64,000 nt of DNA, taken from Octopus vulgaris. Its lineage: Eukaryota. The notes under the pieces are model-generated. The model did not search any database. It had not been told where the DNA came from and saw only the letters and a list, made by a program, of their open reading frames with translations. Positions within the stretch are counted from its first letter, which is position 1. The number at the start of each line of letters is the position of its first letter. Positions 55,511 to 64,000 of this stretch are shown here, one piece after another. The stretch covers positions 94,736,001 through 94,800,000 of the forward strand of contig OX597816.1 of NCBI GenBank assembly GCA_951406725.2, written 5' to 3'. A program made the position numbers and the translations under genes.

Positions 55511-57462
55511 AGTCAAATTTCATCACACAGCAAACCATTTTATTCACATCAGCCCTATTATGCATTAACAGTAATAAAATAGAAAATATTAGTTTGGCGC
55601 AAGAAGTCAATTCTATTGTTTTTGATAGGGTCTTTTGAAATGTATTAAACTGATTTTTGTTGATACTGACTACTATTGCTTTCTTGAATTCTACTGCTTA
55701 ATTTTGATTACTATCCATTAGCTTTTTTATAATACTTTCTACCACCTTTGTTATCTGCTGTAATGGAAAGTTTACATCCACAGACTATGCTACTGACAGA
55801 TTAGCAGGTAGTGAAGAGCAAATAATATATACAGCTACATTCTTAAATGAAGAACAGAACAGGTGAGAATCTAGGCCTTGTCTGTTAGACACAACCAACC
55901 TAACTACTATTCAGTTAGCTATTCACTTGCAAGCTTTTATAAGGACAACTGATAATCAACATTCAAAAGCTGTTAATTTTCTTTTGTTCACTGCTTATCT
56001 TACAAATCATCTAGATCAATATTTGTTATTTCTTCTTGTTAAGAGTTAACAGATATTTGGGAAACAGTACACTACCTTGTAAAACAACTTAATAAAATCA
56101 AAAGATCACAATAATGCATTACTCTGTATCACAACAACTTGTACAACAAATACACTGTGCACTAGCAACACTAAACTGTATGACAACTGCACTGCACAGT
56201 AGAAACACTGAAGTGTATTACAACTGCACTGTTTACCAAAAATACTTTACTGCACACCACCCCCACCACCACCACCACACTATGCCAATAACACTACATT
56301 GTACATTATTGATGTACACCAACTCTACAGTGTATAGCAACTTATCAAAAAATACTTAGAATAAAGTATACTCTAGATTATAAATGTTGTGACCAATTCC
56401 AACAAAACTAGAAACTTGACATTTTCATAAGATGGTAAAAATGGCATACAACATAAAAATGGCCTCTATTTTTCATGAAAGTTAAAATATATCTAACTTT
56501 TCACCTAATTTCAGCTCATTGTGGTATAGTACAGCCATATGCAAGATATGATCAAGCAAGAATCTGTGGCATAAAATTTAAATGCTCTGTCTACCTTATA
56601 TGTAGTAGTAAATATGGCATTTTAAATGTAGCCAGGAAGAGAAATTAGAAATCATTGACTATATAAGATTCTAGACATTAAATGGAGTAAGTTTGTTACT
56701 TCGAAAGTTTAAGATTACTTAAGAAAAGGTTTAGGATTACTTGGTGTTCAACAGAATTATACTAGAACAAATGAATTGGCTTAGCTCTACCTACAGGTTT
56801 TAACCTTTCAGACTTAACTAATTTAGTGATGTGGTGAACGAGGCTCAATCCAAATGAAATTATACTAGACCTTCCAGCAAAGTTTAGCAGAGATTAAAAA
56901 AATGTGGTAACATTAGCTGCAAATTGATCTAAGTGGCTTGTCTAGATTACTACATATGTGGGACATTATAAAACTACTAAGGTATGATTGATTTCTTAAA
57001 ATACGTGAAACATATATTTTAAAATATAATCTCTGTTAAGTTGGTTTCTGTCTTTTCAGCCATTACTGAGATGTTTTTGGGATCAAATGAATTCGATAGC
57101 TTTATTTTAGGTTAAATCATGTAATACATTTCTTTATGACTTCATATAAATACAGTAGCAATCTTTTGAAGAACACTTACTTTATGGAACTATTCCTGTT
57201 TTGAATAATTTTCCTATAATTAATAAAAGATCATAACAGATGCAAAAATTGTTAAATTAATGGAGACTGAGTTATGTCTCCATCCTCAGAAAAATTCTTC
57301 CTACAGAAAATAAATCCCTACCCTGACCTTTATCTTTATTATTTTTTTATGAATCATCTAACTTATCTATTCCTATAGTAACAATATCCCATATCATTTT
57401 ATGTATTTTATAACAGAAACGTTCTACATCTTAGACAAAAAACAATTATTTTTTTAGCTATA

Positions 57463-57624
57463 GGCATAGGAGTGGCTGTGTGGTAAGTAGCTTGCTTATG
57501 AACTACCTGGTTCCGGGTTCAGTCCCACTATGTGACACCTTGGGCAAGTGTCTTCTAGTATAGCCTTGGTCCGACCAAAGCCTTGTGAGTGGATTTGGTA
57601 GACTGAAACTGAAAGAAGCCCGTC

Positions 57625-57706
<82 letters not shown>

Positions 57707-57909
57707 TAGTGTGTCTGTGTTTGTCCCCCAACATCGCTTGACAACTGATGCTGGTGTGTTTACGTCCCTGTAACTTAGCGGTTCAGCAAAAAGAGACCAA
57801 TAGAATAAGTACTAGGCTTACAAAGAATAAGTCCTGGGGTCAATTTGCTTGACTAAAGGTGGTACTCCAGCATGGCCACAGTCAAATGACTGAAACAAGT
57901 AAAAGAGTA
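57463..57909 (+). mobile_element. tRNA-derived SINE with an internal TA/TG microsatellite
   Basis: A-box TGGCTGTGTGG, B-box GGTTCAGTCCC, 3' end CAGTCAAATGACTGAAACAAGTAAAAG. Confidence 0.9.
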
Positions 57910-60849
57910 TTTAATTTTGTACCTTAATATTCAGGTGCTTTTTTGATCACATTTTGGTAATCTTTATAAAATTATGTGATTTGTTAAAGAAAATGCATTA
58001 TTGTAAATATAATACCTTTTAGAAGTTAAATGAAATATATACTTTCAGAGAGAACTGTATAATTCTTAAAACAAGAATATAACTTAATGAGTAAATTTGG
58101 AAGTGAAGGAAATGAAATTGGTGCTGTGCAAGATTGCAGTATTTCTATTGGTAGTAACCTATTAATGAAGGAATTTATTAGAGGTTACTTTTTACTGCAA
58201 GAACACTGCATGAATGCATATAACAGTTACCAACTTTAAATCATTAAATGGTATTTGCTGAGTGAATGACAGGGAGGTCAGCACTTGCATCCATAGACAA
58301 TGACAGAAGCATACAAAGGACGAGGAAAAAAAAAACAACAAAGAATACTCACTCTTAATATGTTGGTTCTAGAAAAATAAATAATTGAGCTACTTTAACA
58401 GATTTAAAGAAATGTAATTATATGCAATATCTAACTACACATTACCATTGTGAAGTAGAGGGAAACTTGATTCAGCACCTTAATGTAGAAGTAACTTCTG
58501 TTTAGAATTTTTATATAAATAGAATTTATTTCCTTATGAAAAATAATATAATTGAAAGTTATATATAAAAGTTATGTTCTTGACAAAGAAATAATTTTTG
58601 AAATATATTTAACTTCAAATTAAGTTTTACTTATCTAACATATATAACAATGGAGAATAGTATATGATTTATATGGATATTGGGCAATAATCTCCATTAA
58701 TAATAAACTAAATTGAATGATTACATATATGAGTAATCATTGTATGTTAGTATATATAAAACAGTTATTTAGTGAAGATTTACAATTTGGTACTTTTTAA
58801 GTTTATATGAGAATTAATTAGGTGTATGATTTAGTACTTGGGAAGAACCAAATACCTTTTGGACAATCTGAAATTTGCAGGAAGAGTTGAAAAAATCTTG
58901 AAGACAGAAAGGGTAATATCAATCATAATACTAAAATGTTAATACTTAACAGTTAAACTGACCAACATAAACCTGGATATTTAATTTGATATTTTATTTT
59001 GATATGGTATCATGTGGGCAGTACAACACAAAAGCATTTTTGAGGCATTAATGATAACTCTAAACTTTCAAACACTCAAGATTAAGACATAGTAAACAAT
59101 AAATTTGATCTATATTCAGAGAATAAGGTCATATACAATATAGTCAGGTCATGATGAATGTTGGCCATGTAGTGTTTAGAGAGTACATGCATACCGGGCT
59201 AGAAAATAACAATGATTTCAGTCAGTTTATACCAATTAACTTTCCCACAATAGTCATCTGGGATTTTCTTTTAGATATACAAGTTTAAAGAGTAACATTG
59301 TACTAGAAGGTAAATATTTTGTTTGAATGGAGAAGGGTCAATGCTTATCAACTTTAGAGGGGTTTTAATTTGAATTTCTGGTTGTCTGTAGGGAAAGAAT
59401 TCCATAAAACTGTAGTTCCGGTAAGGAATGATTATAAAGTGTTCACTGCAGAGTTTGAAGAGAGCATAAGTTCAGATACAAAAGGGAAGAAATATGGGTG
59501 CATCAGAAGGGCTTGAATATAATTGATGTGTAGCTTGTGAGTTCACAAAAGCAGAAGCTGTTGTTGCAACAGAAGAATTAAGATAGAGAGTTCATATAAA
59601 ATTGGTAGAAAGCAGAGAGATCGAGCTTATTGATTAAGTGATGTGATCATATAACACCCAAAAGTACACTAACTGTTCACATGAAAATATCATTTCAATC
59701 CAACAATGTAAAGACATAAGTAAAATACCTTCAGTTAACTATGAACTGTTATAAAAACAGGATAATTCATATTTGTAATATAAGAGAATAAAGTAATGAT
59801 GGATATGAAATAGATGGTAAAAGATAGCTAATACTAAAGGTTAATAGTAACTAGATCAAGAGGCAGGCAGTATTGTATGTTATTAAAACCTTATGTAAAT
59901 TTTATATAAAAGCTAACTGCATATAAGAGGGGCTTAATTAGAATTAGTAAAGGTAGAGAAGTTATGTCATTTTATATTTATGGTCTTAATATTTATTTTC
60001 CCTTGTTAGCATAAGTGGGCCACGCCTGTGTCAATTGCAGTTATTGCTTCTGCATATATTGGTTGATGCTTTTCATGCTCAGTATTCTTCAAGCTCACTT
60101 GTTCATTACTTTTCATGCAAGATAACGTTCACACCTAATGAATTAAACCTGATTTATTCTTTTTCAGCCTCTGAAGATCTTTCACCTTCAATACTTATGT
60201 TTCACTACTAAGCATCATCATACTCTTTCCAGAGTTTGAGACAAACTTTCTTTTGTTTAGAGGTAAATAAAATCTCTTTATTTCCAAAAGCTCATTGAAC
60301 TTCTTAAAGAGTAGCAACAATTTTGATCATTGTGGCCAGATCTCATGAAGGTGGTCTGCTAGACAACATAGCATAGGACTGACACAGTCAATAATATACC
60401 ATACTACACTCCTTCTAACCTTTGCCAACGTGAAGAAATGAATGCAAAAACAAAGTTACATTATGATGAATTAATCAGCTTTCTAATTATCTCATAAAAT
60501 TACTATATATAAAACCAATGAATGGTTAATCATATTAGCTTAGAGAAAAACGCAAAAGATAAAGTGGTTTCATTAATACTCATCAAATGAGCATTAGCAA
60601 TGTAAATTGAATGAAAAATGAATTACAGACTTAGTTTAGGAGGACTTCTATTGCACTTATTAATAGTGATATACAAGGTACTTACAAGAAAACCTTTCAA
60701 AAAAAAAGTGACAAATTATTAGTTTATCCTACAGAACAAAGGGACAGCTGATCGAGTTGGATATCATTAATATCATAGATGGAGTTGCTTCTAATATAGA
60801 GTTGAATTAGATGATATACTTCAGATGCTGGTGTTGCAGTTCTTTATTT

Positions 60850-61260
60850 TTCAATTTCTTAATATTGATTCCATTTGGGTTTCAATAAAATAGCCAGATT
60901 TATATTAGCATATTGCTCACATATCTGGGTTGATGCTGTTACCACATCCAAGAAAAAGTCATTCAGATGCTTCTTTCTCTCTTTGCTACCTGGTTTATGG
61001 TTACCTTAACAACTGCTTCTAAGAGCTATCAAGCTGCATACCACTTCCAGTTGCACATGATTCACTTGTCTCATTTCTTCTCATTATCATCCCTGAGTTT
61101 CAACATTTAAATCCTACACTAAATCATTTTTACAATCATTCCATCTAAAACTGCAGCCCTTTGGAATTCTCTCCCTTGTTGAATTTTTCTCTTGAGACAT
61201 TCACAACATATCCAGAAACTCAAAATAAACAGCAACACTATTGATCTCATCAGCCTGGGG
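60850..61260 (+). mobile_element. Degenerate CR1/L2-like LINE 3' remnant
   Basis: TAALWNSLP motif near 61150. Related LWNSF remnants lie on the minus strand near 21115 and 59395. Boundaries are approximate. Confidence 0.5.
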
Positions 61261-63636
61261 CTGTATCCAAAAGGCATAATCACTGCTCCTTCTTTGACTG
61301 ATCAATAAAACAATACATAAAATGGTGTGTGTCCTTAAAAAATTTATTAAATTTGCAAAAATTAAAGTTTTAAATGAAGTATATGTTGTTATTAAATTTA
61401 GACTTTGAAACTATCTTAAGGAAAGATGACGTCAGGGCTCAAGGAAGTAAATTTCTGAAAGAATAGATACATTCTATGTTCTTTTTAATGTCACTGGCAA
61501 TGTAAAATTAAAAATGTGGTAAATAAATGAAGATTGCTAGACTAATAAACCAGCTTGTAACAAAAAAGGTTAGAGTAAAGAAATTTAGTTTTTGTTGTTT
61601 CTTACTCTGTGCATATACTCAGTATTAAAAGAAGTGGTTGATCATTTGTACAAAATGTTTCCTAGTGGGAAAGTGAGAAAACCGAAGAGCTGTTTTAAGA
61701 TCCATTTTGTATCTTCACTATTGAAACATATAATTCTTATATACCTTGCTTAGAATGAAATATTCTACATGCTCACAAGCTGGATGTATTCATAGTAAAT
61801 ATTACTAGTTATCAACAATAAAGAAATATTTGAAGATAGAAACCAGTACATATGATTATTAGAACTCTGAATTAAAGATTGAATAAAATTTATGGCAACA
61901 AGTAAGTTTAACAATAAACTATTGATTTATTAAGCAAATTATAAATAGACAAATGATTTTTACAAGTAGGGGAAAGTGTTTTAAACATATTTCAATGAAA
62001 TATAAAAATATTTATAAATAGATATGACCAGTGTAACAAGAAATAGGGACTCTCTAAAAAGAGACACTATCTTACAAACAGGATATTGTTGATAACCTAT
62101 TAGAGAAGAATTAATAAAAAATAATTCTTAAAGTAAACCAAGTATCACTAACAACAGATTTTATCAGTAATTCAAAATAAAAAATAATTATGAAATACTA
62201 TTACCATTAAAATATAGATGAAAATAAATCCTTCAAGGAATGTATTGCTTTGAATGCAATTTTATTGTATACCAAGTTGTAAACAGATGTTTCTCAACAA
62301 ATAACAAAGTAAAGTTCCTATATTTAAGCAAGCAAAACAGAAAAGGGACAAACCTTTACAGACATTCATCTCTACTCATAATAATATCAGAATTTAATCT
62401 AAATATCTGAAGAAAGGAAACGGAATAAATTTGTTTCATGGGTCCTCCAAATATTGATGGCTGAGATAGTTGATATGATTTCTGATAAATTTATATTAGT
62501 GTCGGTTAATATTTAAAAGAAATCTATGAAAGGAGTTATTACAAAGGGTGGTTCCAGAGAAAGGAGTGGATAAAAGTTAGAACGATAGAAGATAGGCTGA
62601 TAAGATTTCTTAAGTGGGGATAATACATAACAAACACATTCAAAGGAAATATCAATGGCAGTATTTCTAGAAGGGTGATAGCAATGAGGAGCCACATTTG
62701 TCCAGGGAAAGAAATGAAGGCATTTTTTGATTGGGTACTAAACTGAAATCAATTTCTTGTTAATATACTTATTTATAAATCTGTTTTATTTATAAGATAC
62801 TTCCAAAACAATGAAAAAACTTACAAGCTCACATTACATGCTTATTTTCACTTGAGTTTTACTGTATATTCATTTTCTCTCAACCTCAATTTATATTACT
62901 TTTTCCAAATGTTAGCATGTGGATAAATATTAAAAAATTTGCAAGAGAATAAGGCTTTCCTAATAGCTCTAGATTCACTATAAAATAGGATTGTAAGCTT
63001 TATTTAAATATCTTGTGAAGAAAAAAAAGAAAGAAAAAAGAAAACTAAGACAAGATTTCAATTAATTGTCAAATGACTGACTATATTGAATCTCAATGTT
63101 TTTTCAGTCAACATTTATCATGTCAATATATCATTTATCATGTCAATATATCAATTATGTACTTAACAAAGAAGGCCTTTAATTTAACATCTTTATCAAT
63201 GAAGAAAAGAATATTTAACTATAGCACATATGATATCAGATTTGATGCCACTGGCAGAAATTTAGACCTACATTGATTTCCATATAGAATAATCAGGATT
63301 TGTATGGGAACACTACAGTACTTATACTTAAAATACCATTACTAATTTTATTAATGCAACAATCCCTAAATATGATCATCTAATTCAATTATCTTAAAAA
63401 TGACTTCAATTTTTGATAGGAAATAATGTTGCTTTTTTATACTTAACTCATTTTATTAAATATAAGAAGAAAAGTAAAGCAGGTAATAAAATTAATTTTA
63501 CTGTTTTCAGAACACCTATCTATCTCATGCTAACATGGAAAAAATGGATGTGAAATATATTTTGAAAAAAACAACTGAATATTGTTAAAAAGATATGAAA
63601 AATGTGTCTCATGTTATAAATAGAAATGCCCCTTAC

Positions 63637-63743
63637 CTTGCTATTAGCTAGAAGAAACCCAATACCATCCATGCACACCTGGAGTAGCCCTCCTTGTCCA
63701 GACCTGAGATCTTGTACAGGAAATTCACCACCAATGTCAGGTC
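63637..63743 (-). CDS. MADD: MADD/Rab3-GEF coding exon: (G)PDIGGEFPVQDLRSGQGGLLQVCMDGIGFLLANSK
   Basis: Minus strand reads tttcag|GACCTGAC...AATAGCAAG|gtaagg, 107 nt (2 nt + 35 codons). The peptide matches the C-terminal MADD motif GPELGGEFPVQD..GEGGLLQV as I recall it. Upstream exons lie beyond the window end. Confidence 0.95.
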
Positions 63744-64000
63744 CTGAAATTTAATGAAATGATTTTCTAGTTTATGGATATTAGTCTATTTTTTTTTTCC
63801 TATGTTCAAACTGAAAAAAAAAAAAAAAAATCTGTTGTTCAATTCCATTTGCTTGCAATTTTCATATAACTTTGTTTTAAACCACAGGAGCTTTGTCAGT
63901 GTAAATTTTGTGAACCAATGTTATAAGAATTTGTAGCAGCTATATTTCAGTAGCTGGAAGATAAGGTAATGAGTTCTTGAAGAATCTTTGGTCAAAAATG

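Overview
AT-rich eukaryotic genomic DNA, most likely from an octopus or related coleoid cephalopod (inferred from the SINE and RTE families and the very long TA/TACA microsatellites). The window holds the 3' end of one minus-strand gene, MADD (DENN/MADD, Rab3-GEF, AEX-3 family). I read four coding exons in continuous phase (63637-63743, 34043-34115, 11625-11671, 3669-3974) plus an in-frame 9-nt microexon (34762-34770, Asp-Phe-Glu). Nearly all other supplied ORFs are microsatellite or transposon artefacts. The introns contain SINEs, RTE and CR1-like LINE fragments, a decayed Penelope GIY-YIG remnant, hAT and piggyBac-type MITEs and non-autonomous Helitrons. The most striking element is a 3.5-copy, near-identical 535-bp tandem array (39511-41390) inside a TA/TACA microsatellite field. 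Each complete unit carries an intact type I hammerhead ribozyme with a palindromic stem III, as in a retrozyme or Penelope pLTR, and is predicted to release a 535-nt monomer that could circularise. Two unrelated microsatellite-embedded inserts nearby carry partly degenerate hammerheads. All hammerheads are antisense to MADD. All calls were made by eye; no alignment or folding software was run.
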